Source: Nitrospinaceae bacterium (GTDB taxonomy: Bacteria; Nitrospinota; Nitrospinia; Nitrospinales; VA-1). From it: a stretch of 64,000 nucleotides of DNA. The translations under genes were made by a program, and so were the position numbers. The stretch is from the NCBI GenBank assembly GCA_046754465.1, contig JBHHVU010000008.1:1-64000 (forward strand), written 5' to 3'. This document shows positions 10,001 to 20,566 of this stretch, in pieces (within the stretch, counting starts at the first letter, position 1; each line of letters opens with the position of its first letter). A model generated the notes under the pieces. It saw nothing but the letters and a program-made list of their open reading frames with translations, made no database searches and was not told the DNA's origin.

Positions 10001-10378
10001 GTGAAAGATGCCCACGGTTCTGAGGGGTCTGAACGAGATTTCGAAAGGTTATCCAAAGCCATAACCGACGCGGTGATGAACTCGGAAAAAGTGAAGAAAA
10101 TCGTCGCGGAAATTCAGAAAAAGGAAAAAATCTGTCCGCAAAGTTTCATGGTCCTTGTTCTGAAAATGCAAGTGTTGACCGAGTCCCTGGATATGGAGAT
10201 CGAGGAAGAATTTCTGGATAAACCCCCCCCAAGGAAACGTGGAAGGAAAAAAGCCGCGAATCAGCCTCAATTTATCGATGGCAATAAACTTTCACAAAAA
10301 GAAATCGATTTTCAGGAATTTTCTATCGAGCGTTTCGATACCCAAACCTGGCTCAAAAGAAACGGCCTTATCCTTTAA
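10001..10378 (+). CDS. Hypothetical protein (125 aa)
   Basis: Fills the gap between moeB and pcm, has its own promoter and a GGGGG SD, charged helical composition. Confidence 0.7.
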   Translation: MKDAHGSEGSERDFERLSKAITDAVMNSEKVKKIVAEIQKKEKICPQSFMVLVLKMQVLTESLDMEIEEEFLDKPPPRKRGRKKAANQPQFIDGNKLSQKEIDFQEFSIERFDTQTWLKRNGLIL

Positions 10379-10478
10379 AGCGTTATTACTTTCCCTGGCC
10401 GCGGCCACGTTTCCGATCTATATTGGGTATTCGCCCAAAGCGACGCTTTCAGGAGACTTCCAGAAGGCGCGCAAACGG

Positions 10479-11090
10479 ATGGTCGATGTGGACCTCCGGG
10501 GTCGGGGCATCACCGATACCTCCGTTCTCCAGGCGATGCTCAAGGTTCCACGGCATGAATTCGTGGACCCCCAATACAGCGATCTCGCCTATTCCGACGC
10601 CGCTCTTCCCATCAAGGAAAATCAAACTATCTCGCAGCCCTATATCGTGGCGCTGATGACGCAAAGCGCCCGCCTGCGGCCCACCGACCGGGTCCTGGAA
10701 ATCGGTACCGGATCCGCCTACCAGGCCGCCGTTCTGGCGGAAATCGTCCGGGAAGTGTATACCATCGAAATCATCGGGACCCTGGCCGAGGAAGCCGCCG
10801 CGCGGTTGAAACGGCTCGGATACCTTAATGTTAAAACCCGGCATGGGGACGGGTACCAGGGATGGAAGGAGGCAGCGCCTTTCGATGCCATCCTCGTTAC
10901 CGCTGCCGCGCCGGAGATCCCCGAACCGCTGGTCCAGCAACTCAAACTTGGTGGGCGACTGGTGATGCCTCTGGGAAGTTATCGCCTGTCCCAGGACTTG
11001 GTGGTGTTGACCAAACAGAAGGATGGCTTGCATAAAGAATACATCACCGGAGTGGTTTTTGTTCCCATGACGGGGGAGATCCGGGACTGA
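10479..11090 (+). CDS. pcm: Protein-L-isoaspartate O-methyltransferase (start uncertain; frame is open from 10239)
   Basis: VPRHEFV, QTISQPYIVA, VLEIGTGSAYQAA, APFDAILVTAA, VFVPM. Confidence 0.93.
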   Translation: MVDVDLRGRGITDTSVLQAMLKVPRHEFVDPQYSDLAYSDAALPIKENQTISQPYIVALMTQSARLRPTDRVLEIGTGSAYQAAVLAEIVREVYTIEIIGTLAEEAAARLKRLGYLNVKTRHGDGYQGWKEAAPFDAILVTAAAPEIPEPLVQQLKLGGRLVMPLGSYRLSQDLVVLTKQKDGLHKEYITGVVFVPMTGEIRD

Positions 11091-11124
11091 TCGAAACGTT
11101 CGCATCCCATGAAATCAGGGGGAG

Positions 11125-11937
11125 GTGAAAGTCATGAATCGAATTCCCGCCGTTGCCGGGCGGTTTTATCCCGCCGACCCCGCGGACTTGAGCGAAGAGA
11201 TTCAAAAGCACATCGTGGCGGAGGCTCCACGGCGCGGGGTGATCGGCCTCGTGTCACCCCATGCGGGGTTCATGTATTCCGGGGACGCCGCCGGGGCGGT
11301 TTACTCCAGGATCGAAATTCCGGATACCGTCCTACTCCTGGGACCCAATCACACCGGCCAGGGGGAACGCTTTTCCGTGATGACCGAGGGCGCCTGGACC
11401 ATGCCTTTCGGAGAACTGACCATCGACCGGACTCTGGCGGAAGGAATTTGCCAGACCTCGCCTCTCATCCGGTCCGACTCCCTGGCTCATAAGGACGAAC
11501 ATTCCCTTGAAACCCAGCTTCCTTTTTTGCAGTATTTCAGGCGCGATTTCAAGATCGTTCCCCTGTGCATGATGCGCGCCAGCTTTAAGGAGTGTTCCGA
11601 AGTCAGCCGGGCGATTCTCAAGGCGGCCGGCGATTTAAAACGCTCCGTCCTCATCGTTGCCAGTTCGGATATGACGCATTACGAATCGCACGAAGATGCG
11701 TCGCGAAAGGATAAAAAAGCCATCGAGCGGATTTTGCGGTTGGACGCAAAGGGGCTTCATGAAACCGTGGAGGCGAATCACATCACCATGTGCGGGGTGA
11801 ATCCCGTCACCGTGATGTTGCTCTGCGCCAACGAGATGGGAGCGGCGAATTCGGAATTGGTCAAATACATGACCTCCGGGGAGGTCAGCGGCGATTACGC
11901 CAGCGTGGTGGGCTATGCCGGGATGATCGTTAACTGA
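11125..11937 (+). CDS. amrB: AmmeMemoRadiSam system protein B (Memo family)
   Basis: PAVAGRFYP, PHAGFMYSG, GPNH, EHSLETQLPF, SSDMTHY, TMCG, VVGYA. Confidence 0.9.
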   Translation: MKVMNRIPAVAGRFYPADPADLSEEIQKHIVAEAPRRGVIGLVSPHAGFMYSGDAAGAVYSRIEIPDTVLLLGPNHTGQGERFSVMTEGAWTMPFGELTIDRTLAEGICQTSPLIRSDSLAHKDEHSLETQLPFLQYFRRDFKIVPLCMMRASFKECSEVSRAILKAAGDLKRSVLIVASSDMTHYESHEDASRKDKKAIERILRLDAKGLHETVEANHITMCGVNPVTVMLLCANEMGAANSELVKYMTSGEVSGDYASVVGYAGMIVN

Positions 11938-11978
11938 AACCGCGGTTCCTCGAAAAACTTCTTTTTCCCGGCGGGGTC

Positions 11979-12356
11979 TCAGGGACACTCCATCAATTCG
12001 ATTTCGTATTTGTCGGGGTCCTCGGTGAAGATGAACGAGGTGCCGCCCGCGGTTTTCACCGGACCCTCGGTGATGGGAACGCCCGCTTTTTTGAGATGTT
12101 CCATGCTCGCTTCCAGATCATCCACCTCAAACGCCAGATGAACCAGGTCTTCCGGCACTTCGACCTTTCCGCTTCCGGGAAAGGAGCACAGCTCAATTTT
12201 GCTGTCGGTTCCCGGGGCCTGCAGAAACGCGATCTGGGATCCCCGCGGCGAGGTTGTGCGTTCGATGATTTTCAATCCCAGGATCTCGGTATAGAAGCGA
12301 ATGGACTTTTCCATGTCCGAAACCCGGAACCGGGTATGCAGATATTTCCGGATCAT
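11979..12356 (-). CDS. Glyoxalase I / VOC family protein (lactoylglutathione lyase-like)
   Basis: YLHTRFRVSDMEKSIRFY, HLAFEVDD, EDPDKYEIEL. ATG overlaps the PMM stop (ATGA). Confidence 0.88.
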   Translation of the reverse strand: MIRKYLHTRFRVSDMEKSIRFYTEILGLKIIERTTSPRGSQIAFLQAPGTDSKIELCSFPGSGKVEVPEDLVHLAFEVDDLEASMEHLKKAGVPITEGPVKTAGGTSFIFTEDPDKYEIELMECP

Positions 12357-13735
12357 AATTCCGGCCTGAATTGAACCACAGGTTCGTATTTTTTCATTTG
12401 TTCTTGGATCATCCCAATGATTTCCTTCAACCGGTCCGGCGTGTTCGCCTCGAACCTGAGGACCAGGACGGGTTGGGTGTTGGAGGCGCGAATGAGGGCC
12501 CAACCGTCGTCGAGATTGATCCGGACGCCATCGATATCCACCACGTCGTACTGGCTGCGGAAATATTCCGTCAGTTCACGGACGATCTGGAACTTCCGGT
12601 TGTCGGGGCAGTCGATCCGGATCTCCGGGGTGTAGGCGGTTTTGGGAACGTCGGCGAGCATCTCGGACAATTTTTGTTTCGAGGCGGCGACGATCTCCAG
12701 AATGCGGCAGGCGGCGAAGATGGCGTCGTCGAATCCGAAATAATTATCGGCGAAACAAATGTGGCCGCTCATTTCACCCGCGAGCAGCGCGTGGGTTTCC
12801 CGCATTTTCTTCTTGATTAGGGAATGCCCGGCGGCGGCCATGACGGGGGTGCCTCCGTGTTTCCGGATGTCGCTGAACAGGTTCTGGGAACATTTCACCT
12901 CCCCCACGATCGTGGCCCCAGGATGTCTTTTTAAAAGGTCGCGGGCCAGCAGGATCAATAATTGGTCGCCCCAGATAATGGATCCTGTCTCATCCACCAG
13001 ACCGATCCGGTCCACGTCTCCGTCGAATCCGATCCCCAGTTCCGCTTTCTCCGAGCGGACGCGGGCGATCAGGTCGGTCAGGTTCTCGGCGACGGTGGGG
13101 TCGGGGTGGTGGTTGGGAAAACTCCCGTCGGGTTCGCAATACATCTCGATGGGGTCGAGTCCGAACCGGCGCAAAATTTGTGGGCCGATGATTCCGAAAC
13201 ACCCGTTGCCGCCGTCCACCACGACTTTCACGGGACGCGCAATTTTTATAATGCTCCTCATATTTTCCACGTAAGCCTCGAGCACCTCCCGCTGTTCCAT
13301 CCGGCCCTGGCCCGATTCAAAATCCCCCTTTTCGATGAGGTCCCGAAGCTGGCGTATTTTCTCGCCATAAAGGCTCTGTCGGCCCTGGCAGATTTTGAAT
13401 CCGTTAAAGTTTTGCGGATTGTGACTTCCGGTGATCATCACGCCGCCATCGGGTTTCAGGTGATGCAAGGAGAAATACAACACTGGCGTCGGGACCATTC
13501 CGATATCGATCACGTCGCAGCCAGTGGAAAGGAGTCCCTTGGCGAGCGCGTCGCGGAACTCGATGGAACTCTTTCGCATGTCGCGTCCGAGTGTAAATAT
13601 TTTGCCGCCATGACGTTTGACATGGGTGCCGATGGCTTTCCCGATCAGTTCCACGGTTTCCGGAGTGAGGTCTCGACCGACCACGCCCCGGATATCGTAC
13701 TCACGAAAAATTTCCGGATTGATGATTGGTGGCAT
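12353..13735 (-). CDS. algC: Phosphomannomutase/phosphoglucomutase (AlgC-like)
   Basis: FREYDIRG, TGSHNP (phosphoserine), FDGDVDR, GEMSGH, RASNTQP. Confidence 0.93.
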   Translation of the reverse strand: MPPIINPEIFREYDIRGVVGRDLTPETVELIGKAIGTHVKRHGGKIFTLGRDMRKSSIEFRDALAKGLLSTGCDVIDIGMVPTPVLYFSLHHLKPDGGVMITGSHNPQNFNGFKICQGRQSLYGEKIRQLRDLIEKGDFESGQGRMEQREVLEAYVENMRSIIKIARPVKVVVDGGNGCFGIIGPQILRRFGLDPIEMYCEPDGSFPNHHPDPTVAENLTDLIARVRSEKAELGIGFDGDVDRIGLVDETGSIIWGDQLLILLARDLLKRHPGATIVGEVKCSQNLFSDIRKHGGTPVMAAAGHSLIKKKMRETHALLAGEMSGHICFADNYFGFDDAIFAACRILEIVAASKQKLSEMLADVPKTAYTPEIRIDCPDNRKFQIVRELTEYFRSQYDVVDIDGVRINLDDGWALIRASNTQPVLVLRFEANTPDRLKEIIGMIQEQMKKYEPVVQFRPEL

Positions 13736-13979
13736 AAATCCCGCTTAGATAGAAAAGGTTGATGGTTGGGTTACAAGAATAAGGCAAACGTGGGAATTTG
13801 GCAATTGCCGATTTTCCGGGACCGGCGGGGGTCTGGGAGCGGAGGATTTTCGGTCACCGGGCTAGGTTCCGCCTCCCCCCGGGGCCGGGGAAATCGTTAG
13901 AGGCCCCTTGGTAAATGTGTTAGGATTGATGGGACCGAAACAACAAAACCTTCCCTTTTTCTTTTATTCGATTGAGCCC

Positions 13980-15509
13980 ATGAAAGTTTGTTTGGTTGAG
14001 CCGGGTAAATTCGTATCTCTGACCAATTTCGTTTCGACGATCAGCATGCCGCCGATCGGGCTGGCTTATATTGCCGCCTCTGTCCGGGAAGCGGGGCACG
14101 AGGTGAGTGTGGTCGACGGACCCGGCTCCGCTCCCAGAAATTATTTTGAGTTCAAGGGCGTGCGGATCCGGGGGCTGACGAATGAAGAGATCATCCAAAG
14201 GATTCCCAGCGATGCCCGGGTCATCGGGCTGGGCTGCATGTTCACTTCCCATTGGGTCTATGTGCGCGGATTGATCCAGGACATCCACCGGGCCTTCCCG
14301 TGGTCTTTCCTGGTGATGGGGGGCGAACACGTGACGGGATTCCCGGAGTTTTCCCTGAAGGGAGCGCCCCTGAATGCGGTCGTCCTGGGAGAAGGGGAAG
14401 AGACCATGATCCGGTTGCTGGAACATGTCGAAGCGGGAAAGCCTCTGGAAAATTTGCCCGGAGTGGCCTATCGGGAGGCCGACGGGACGGTGCGGGTGAA
14501 CGCCCGGCGTTCCCGCATCCGCGATATCGATTCCCTTCCCCGGCCGGCCTGGGATCTATTTGACATCGAAATGTACAATCGGGTCAATCAGCCCCACGGC
14601 GCTTCCCAGGGTCATTTTATGCCCATGTTGGCGACCAGGGGATGCCCGTTTTCCTGTACCTTCTGCACCAGCCCCAACATGTGGACCACCGAATGGACGG
14701 CCAGGAATTATAAGCGGGTCGTCGATGAGATGGAGGATTATCACCAACGATACGGCACCACCGATTTCCAGTTCGAGGATCTCACCGCCATTGTCCAAAA
14801 ACAATGGATCCGCGATTTTTGCGGCGAAATTCTAGCGCGCGGATTAAAGATTACCTTCCAGCTTCCTTCGGGCACCCGCAGTGAGGCCATCGATTATGAA
14901 GTGGCGAAAAAACTCAAGGCGGCGGGATGTCACGAGTTCGCCTTCGCCCCGGAATCGGGCGACCCCAGGGTCTTGAAGGCGATCAAAAAAAAGGTTCATC
15001 TGCCGACCCTGTTCCATTCGGCCCGGGCCGCCCTGAGGGCGGGAATCAATGTCGGCTGTTTTTTTATCATCGGCTTTCCCGAAGACGATGCCCGGAGTGT
15101 CCTGAAAACTTATGCCGCCATCGTGAAATGCGCCCTCATCGGTTTCACCAACGTCAACCTGAACGCTTATTCCCCCCAGCCCAATACCGAGTCCTTCAAC
15201 CGGCTGCGGGAGGAAGGGGTGATCACCGAACTCTCGGATGAATACCTGATGAGCCTGTTTACTTTCCAGGATTTCGGAGCGAAAAAAACGTCCTACAATC
15301 CCCGATTCGGCGACTGGGAACTCTCCTTCCTCGTGACCTTCGGAGTGGTCCTGTTTTATCTGGTCTACTTTATGCGGAAACCTTACCGGATTATCCAGTT
15401 GTTCGGCGATTTATTTTCCCGGTCCGCCAGCAATAAAAGTACCAAGATGGCCAAATCCTTTTTCAAGGACGCATTCACACTGATGAAAAACAAATGGATC
15501 AAGGCTTGA
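13980..15509 (+). CDS. B12-binding domain radical SAM protein
   Basis: PPIGLAYIAA...GGEH...GEGEET B12-binding domain, then TRGCPFSCTFC (CxxxCxxC) and APESG. Confidence 0.9.
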   Translation: MKVCLVEPGKFVSLTNFVSTISMPPIGLAYIAASVREAGHEVSVVDGPGSAPRNYFEFKGVRIRGLTNEEIIQRIPSDARVIGLGCMFTSHWVYVRGLIQDIHRAFPWSFLVMGGEHVTGFPEFSLKGAPLNAVVLGEGEETMIRLLEHVEAGKPLENLPGVAYREADGTVRVNARRSRIRDIDSLPRPAWDLFDIEMYNRVNQPHGASQGHFMPMLATRGCPFSCTFCTSPNMWTTEWTARNYKRVVDEMEDYHQRYGTTDFQFEDLTAIVQKQWIRDFCGEILARGLKITFQLPSGTRSEAIDYEVAKKLKAAGCHEFAFAPESGDPRVLKAIKKKVHLPTLFHSARAALRAGINVGCFFIIGFPEDDARSVLKTYAAIVKCALIGFTNVNLNAYSPQPNTESFNRLREEGVITELSDEYLMSLFTFQDFGAKKTSYNPRFGDWELSFLVTFGVVLFYLVYFMRKPYRIIQLFGDLFSRSASNKSTKMAKSFFKDAFTLMKNKWIKA

Positions 15510-15679
15510 CCCCAGCGTGAGTGTGGTTTTGGCATTTTCCATTTTGGCAGCCGGAACCCGGAAAAATTGGCTTCCCGTTTCCCGGCCTTGCACCCCAAAC
15601 CCGCTATTTTATATGTTATACTCCGCTGGTTTTTTTGGTTACGGGGGTTTCACGAAACTAAATTTCCACGGGCGGCGTC

Positions 15680-17197
15680 ATGAAATTGGCTCGAAGTTTG
15701 CGGAGTCAGGAACGGTATCGCATCCAATACTGGAAGCGAAAGGATTACTTTCTTCCTTACCGGTTGAAGTGGAGAGCCCGGATGGTCCGGCACCTGTTCC
15801 ACCTGTTTCCCAGGGAAAGCATCCTGGAAATATGTTGTTCTTCGTGCGAGTGGACGCGGGAAATTTCCGCGGCCAACGGACACGCCAACCCGATCTGCGC
15901 CGTCACCTTTGATCCGGAAAGTTTCGATAACATTCAACGGCAGGGGGTTCCGGAAAATGTGGAACCATTGCTGTTGGAATCGTTTCCAGACAGGCTGGAG
16001 GGGCGGCAATTCGATTTTATCGTCTGTTGGAATCTGTTGACGGACGAAAACTGCGGCCCCCTTCTGACCGCCGTGAAGAAACTGCTGAAGCCCGGCGGCC
16101 GCCTTTTGTTTTTTGGGGCCAATCCCTGGAACCCTTATTACAATATACGCAGGGCCCTGGCCCGCGTCTTTTCTTTTTCCGGAAACCGTAACCGGGAAGG
16201 GACCTCGGTCAACCGGATCGATCTGTTCACGATCCTTTCCGAGGTGGGGTATGTGGGAATCAAGATTCTTCCGTATGATTTTATTTATCCACCGATTCCC
16301 CGATGGCTCCTCTGGCCCATGCAGAACCTGAGCCTGATTTTCGAGAACTCCCCGTATGTGAGGAACTTTGCCGGCTCGCTGTACATCTTTGCCCAAAAAC
16401 CCGCCCCGGAAGGATGGAAACGCCTCCCCCGCAACCTGGTGCGTCAGGAACAGTTCATGGGTCAGGTCTCTTTCGTGGTTCCCAGCCGCAATGAGGAGGA
16501 GAACATTCCCTCCCTGGTGGAAAACCTGAAAGGATGTTATGGCGGCTACATCCACGAAGTGATCCTGGTCGATGACAACAGCACGGACGGGACGGCGCGG
16601 GTGATCGAGGCCCTGGGCCGGGAGGACCCGCGCATCCGCCTGATCCGCCGGGCTCCGCCCAATGGGGTGGGCCGGGCGCTCCGGGACGGCTTTGCCGCGG
16701 TAACGGGAAATTACGTTTTGACGATGGACTGCGATTTCCAGCATATCATGCCCGAACTCACGGAGTTGTTCGATGCCGTGGCCGAGGGGGCGGACGTGGC
16801 CATCGGCAGCCGGTTTTCCCGTGACAGCGTGCTCCTGAATTACGCGTTCACCAAGATTTTGGCGAACCGGGGATTCCACGTCATCGCCAACATTCTTTTG
16901 GGAAAACACTTCCGCGATGCCACCAACAATCTTAAACTGATGAAGCGGGAAGTTCTGGACAGGTTGTGCGTGGAATCGGACGATTTTGCCGCGAACGCGG
17001 AAACGGGCTTGCAGCCCATTTTGCTGGGGTATCACGTCCGGGAAGTGCCCATCTCGTGGATCAACCGGTCGGTGGATATGGGGTTCTCCAGTTTCAATCT
17101 TTTAAAAACCGGACCCAATTACATCCGCGTTCTTTTTCGCCTGATATGGCGTAAATGGCTTGGCAGAAGCATCGTCCGCGATCCTTGCAAGGAATAG
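15680..17197 (+). CDS. Methyltransferase-like domain fused to a DPM1-like GT2 glycosyltransferase
   Basis: N-terminal class I MTase-like segment ([14 protein letters not shown]). C-terminal [31 protein letters not shown]. Confidence 0.85.
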   Translation: MKLARSLRSQERYRIQYWKRKDYFLPYRLKWRARMVRHLFHLFPRESILEICCSSCEWTREISAANGHANPICAVTFDPESFDNIQRQGVPENVEPLLLESFPDRLEGRQFDFIVCWNLLTDENCGPLLTAVKKLLKPGGRLLFFGANPWNPYYNIRRALARVFSFSGNRNREGTSVNRIDLFTILSEVGYVGIKILPYDFIYPPIPRWLLWPMQNLSLIFENSPYVRNFAGSLYIFAQKPAPEGWKRLPRNLVRQEQFMGQVSFVVPSRNEEENIPSLVENLKGCYGGYIHEVILVDDNSTDGTARVIEALGREDPRIRLIRRAPPNGVGRALRDGFAAVTGNYVLTMDCDFQHIMPELTELFDAVAEGADVAIGSRFSRDSVLLNYAFTKILANRGFHVIANILLGKHFRDATNNLKLMKREVLDRLCVESDDFAANAETGLQPILLGYHVREVPISWINRSVDMGFSSFNLLKTGPNYIRVLFRLIWRKWLGRSIVRDPCKE

Positions 17198-17207
17198 CGC
17201 TTTTGGA

Positions 17208-18284
17208 ATGGGGAGACTGATTTTGGATTTCGCCGTCGTGACAGGGTCGTTGGGATTGATCGGATCCGAAGCCGTCCGGTTTCTGGACGCAAAGGGGATG
17301 CGGGTCCTCGGCGTGGATAACGACATGCGCCGCGCGTTTTTCGGCGACGCTGCTTCCAGCCTCTGGAACCGGGACGCGCTGGAAAAGGATTGCCCCGGTT
17401 ACCGGCACCATCCGCTGGACATCCGGTCCGAAAAAGACATGGACCGTTTGTTCGGCGAATACGGCGGGGACATCAAACTCATCATCCATGCCGCCGCGCA
17501 GCCTTCCCACGACTGGGCCGCCAAGGATCCGGCGACGGATTTCACGATCAACGCCAACGGTACGCTGGTGCTTCTGGAGAGGACGCGCCGGTATTGTCCG
17601 GAAGCGGTGTTCATTCATTTGTCCACCAACAAGGTTTACGGGGACCGGCCCAACTCGCTTCCCCTGGTGGAGATGGAAACCCGGTGGGAACTGGAGAGCA
17701 CACACCCCTACCATGAACACGGGATCGACGAGTCGATGAGCATCGACCAGAGCACGCACTCCGTGTTCGGCGCCTCGAAGGCCGCGGCGGATCTCCTGGT
17801 GCAGGAGTACGGAAGATATTTCGGAATCCGCACCGCCTGTTTCCGGGGGGGATGCCTCACCGGCTCCCGGCACGCCGGCACGGAATTGCACGGATTCCTC
17901 TCCTACCTGATGATCCGCGCCATACAAAGGAAACCTTATACGGTTTACGGTTATAAGGGGAAGCAGGTGCGGGACAACATCCACAGTTACGACCTCGTCA
18001 ACGCCCTCTACCATTTTTACCGGAATCCGGGAACGGGCAAGGTATACAACATGGGCGGCGGGCGGAACAGCAACTGTTCCATGCTCGAGGCCATCGCCCT
18101 GTGCGAAGAAATTTCCGGCAACTGGATCGATTGGAAGTATGAAGACTCGCCCCGGGTCGGGGATCACATCTGGTGGGTGAGCGACGTTCGCCGCTTTAAG
18201 AAAGATCACCCGGAGTGGGATTACCAATACGATTTGCGCCGGACCCTGGAAGAGATCCACCACGGTTTGGCCGAGCGGATTTGA
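17208..18284 (+). CDS. NAD-dependent epimerase/dehydratase, CDP-paratose 2-epimerase (RfbE)-like
   Basis: [43 protein letters not shown]. Confidence 0.88.
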   Translation: MGRLILDFAVVTGSLGLIGSEAVRFLDAKGMRVLGVDNDMRRAFFGDAASSLWNRDALEKDCPGYRHHPLDIRSEKDMDRLFGEYGGDIKLIIHAAAQPSHDWAAKDPATDFTINANGTLVLLERTRRYCPEAVFIHLSTNKVYGDRPNSLPLVEMETRWELESTHPYHEHGIDESMSIDQSTHSVFGASKAAADLLVQEYGRYFGIRTACFRGGCLTGSRHAGTELHGFLSYLMIRAIQRKPYTVYGYKGKQVRDNIHSYDLVNALYHFYRNPGTGKVYNMGGGRNSNCSMLEAIALCEEISGNWIDWKYEDSPRVGDHIWWVSDVRRFKKDHPEWDYQYDLRRTLEEIHHGLAERI

Positions 18285-18381
18285 GCCGGTCCGGTTCCCT
18301 GGCGTTCCGGATTAAAGGGAGGTCTGCCGGGCGGCAGCCGGAAGGGGGGCAGGGGACCCCGAACATCTCCCAACGTCAATA

Positions 18382-19659
18382 TCAAAAGGGATCGTCCGGA
18401 TTTCTCTTTAACAGCACGCTGGAAATTTCGCTGGGAATGCCGTCGCGGATGATGGTCAGGCGGACCTTGTTGCCGGGGGCGAGGCCCAGCATTTTCCTGC
18501 GGAAGATGATAAAGTTTTTGAGGGGCTGGCCGTCCATTTTAACGATAATGTCTTTCGGCTTTATTCCCGATTTTTCTGCGGGACTGCCTTTTTCAACTTC
18601 CTTCACCAGCAGCGCGCCCGCTTCGTCGTAATTCAATTCCACTGCATCCTGGAGGCTCAGGGGAACCGCCTTGATTCCCAGCCATCCCCGATCCGTTTGG
18701 CCCAGGACTAGCATCGGCATCACCTCTTTAACGGTGTTGACCGGAACGGCGAATCCGATCAATTGCGCCTCGGTCACGATGGCGGTGTTGATACCCACCA
18801 CTTCCCCGTAAAGGTTGAGAAGGGGCCCGCCGCTGCTGCCAGGGTTGATGGCGGAATCGGTCTGAAGGAAGTTGGCGTATTGGTCGTTCATCCGGGGCGA
18901 CACCCGTTCCTTGGCGCTGATGATTCCCGACGTCACGGAGTGTCTCAATCCCAACGGATTGCCAATGGCCAGAACCAGTTCCCCGGTTCGCAAACTGTCC
19001 GAATTGCCGAGCGGCAGGATGGTGAGAAGGTGATCGGGTTCTATTTTGATCAGTGCGGTGTCCGTGAGGCGGTCCATCCCGATTATTTTGGCGGGATACT
19101 CTTTTCTTTCCTCGGAGAGCAGCACCCGGATGTCCAAGGCGTTTTGAATCACGTGCGCGTTGGTGAGGATGTAGCCCTGCTCGTTGATGATGAATCCGGA
19201 GCCGAGGCTGAGCCCCTCGGTTTTGAAGGGGATGGGAACCTGAAAGGGGACGATCTCGAAAAGGGTGGAAATGACGGGGATCTTGATGGGCAGGAGATCG
19301 TTGGGGGCGATCCCGAACTTGGCCTCCCTTTCTTCCAGCCTGAGGGTGTAAATATTCACCACACCGTCTTTCACTTTTTCCGTCAGGTCCGCGAAGGTGT
19401 TGTTGTGAATGACAATTTGTTTGCTTTTTTCCGCCGCCGTTTCCTCGAACCAGAAATTTTTCAGGTTGAGTTCCTGGAAGGAGATTTCCTTGAACCGTTT
19501 GTCGAAAATAGGCGCTTCCGAATTGACCAGGGATTCGTTCGTTTCCTTGGGGGTCTTCGAGAGGGTGCACCCCGTGGCGGTTAGGAAGATCGAGAGAAAA
19601 AACGTCAGCGCCGTTGAGGGAATAGGCCGGAGGAGGGAAAGGGTGTTTTTGGTTTTCAT
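18382..19659 (-). CDS. HtrA/DegP-family serine protease with one PDZ domain, probable lipoprotein
   Basis: LTATGC lipobox, GSGFII, TNAHV, QTDSAINPGSSGGPL, C-terminal PDZ (GSPAEKSGIKPKDII). Confidence 0.9.
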   Translation of the reverse strand: MKTKNTLSLLRPIPSTALTFFLSIFLTATGCTLSKTPKETNESLVNSEAPIFDKRFKEISFQELNLKNFWFEETAAEKSKQIVIHNNTFADLTEKVKDGVVNIYTLRLEEREAKFGIAPNDLLPIKIPVISTLFEIVPFQVPIPFKTEGLSLGSGFIINEQGYILTNAHVIQNALDIRVLLSEERKEYPAKIIGMDRLTDTALIKIEPDHLLTILPLGNSDSLRTGELVLAIGNPLGLRHSVTSGIISAKERVSPRMNDQYANFLQTDSAINPGSSGGPLLNLYGEVVGINTAIVTEAQLIGFAVPVNTVKEVMPMLVLGQTDRGWLGIKAVPLSLQDAVELNYDEAGALLVKEVEKGSPAEKSGIKPKDIIVKMDGQPLKNFIIFRRKMLGLAPGNKVRLTIIRDGIPSEISSVLLKRNPDDPF

Positions 19660-19721
19660 GATTCTGGCCCGATAGTTTATAGGGTTTGACTTTTTTTTAT
19701 TGATGGGGCGAGCGGTATTTT

Positions 19722-20519
19722 TTAATAGGGATTCAGATTGACCCCGCCGTCGACGGTAAAATGCGTTCCGGTGATCCAGCACGCCCGGTCGGAGGCTAAA
19801 AACAGGACCAGGCCCGAGACATCCTCCGGCATTCCCATTCGTTTCAGGAGGACCTGGTCCGCGGTATGGGAGCGGATTTCCTCGGTCATCGCCTTCAAAT
19901 CCTTTCCCGATTGTTGGCTGGCGAGTTGGGCTTCGAGCACCCAAGACCGGGTCCAGACCGGACCCGGGGCCACCGAATTGACCAGGATTTTATCCGGAGC
20001 CAGGGTTTGCGCGAGGGAGACGGTGAAATTGGACAAGGCGGCTTTCATGGCGCTGTAATGGGGAAACATTTCTCCGGGGCGGGAACCGGCAATAGAGGTG
20101 ATGTTGATGATCCTCGGTGCGCCGGAATGCTTGAGCGTGGGAAGGAACAGCCGCGAAAGACGCACCGCCGGCATGAGGTTGATGTTGAAGGAATCCTGCC
20201 AGTCCTGGTCGGAGATTTCCAGAAAATTTCCCATTTTCACAATCGAGCCGACGTTATTGACCAGAACATCCAGTCCGCCAAAATCTTCCATGACCCGGTC
20301 GTGGAGGGATTGTATGTCATCCCGTTTCGTGAGGTCCGCCGGGAGGAATAAATGCCCGGTCCCTTCGGCTTCCGAGGCTAGGGCGGAGAGCCGGTTTTCG
20401 GACCGGGCGCATCCGGCCACCCGGGCTCCCGACCGGGCGAAATCCAGCGCCAGAGTCCGGCCGATTCCCTCCCCGATGCCGGTAATGAGAACTTTCCGGC
20501 CTTCCAGATTCATATCCAT
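19722..20519 (-). CDS. Short-chain dehydrogenase/reductase
   Basis: TGIGEGIG, VLVNNVG, YSAMK (YxxxK), VDGG. Confidence 0.93.
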   Translation of the reverse strand: MDMNLEGRKVLITGIGEGIGRTLALDFARSGARVAGCARSENRLSALASEAEGTGHLFLPADLTKRDDIQSLHDRVMEDFGGLDVLVNNVGSIVKMGNFLEISDQDWQDSFNINLMPAVRLSRLFLPTLKHSGAPRIINITSIAGSRPGEMFPHYSAMKAALSNFTVSLAQTLAPDKILVNSVAPGPVWTRSWVLEAQLASQQSGKDLKAMTEEIRSHTADQVLLKRMGMPEDVSGLVLFLASDRACWITGTHFTVDGGVNLNPY

Positions 20520-20566
20520 GATAAAATCCTCGCTTCCTTCAACCTGTCAGTTCTCTTCCGGCATCG

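Noticed and set aside
10239..10478. 80-aa N-terminal extension of Pcm overlapping the upstream gene
   Set aside because: It would overlap the 10001-10378 ORF by 140 nt and Pcm homology begins only near 10455-10480. The true start cannot be resolved from sequence.
13730..13745. Possible sigma54 promoter TGGCATAAATCCCGCT for the B12-rSAM gene
   Set aside because: The -12 element is poor (CCGC instead of TTGC), it overlaps the PMM start codon and it lies about 235 nt from the ATG.
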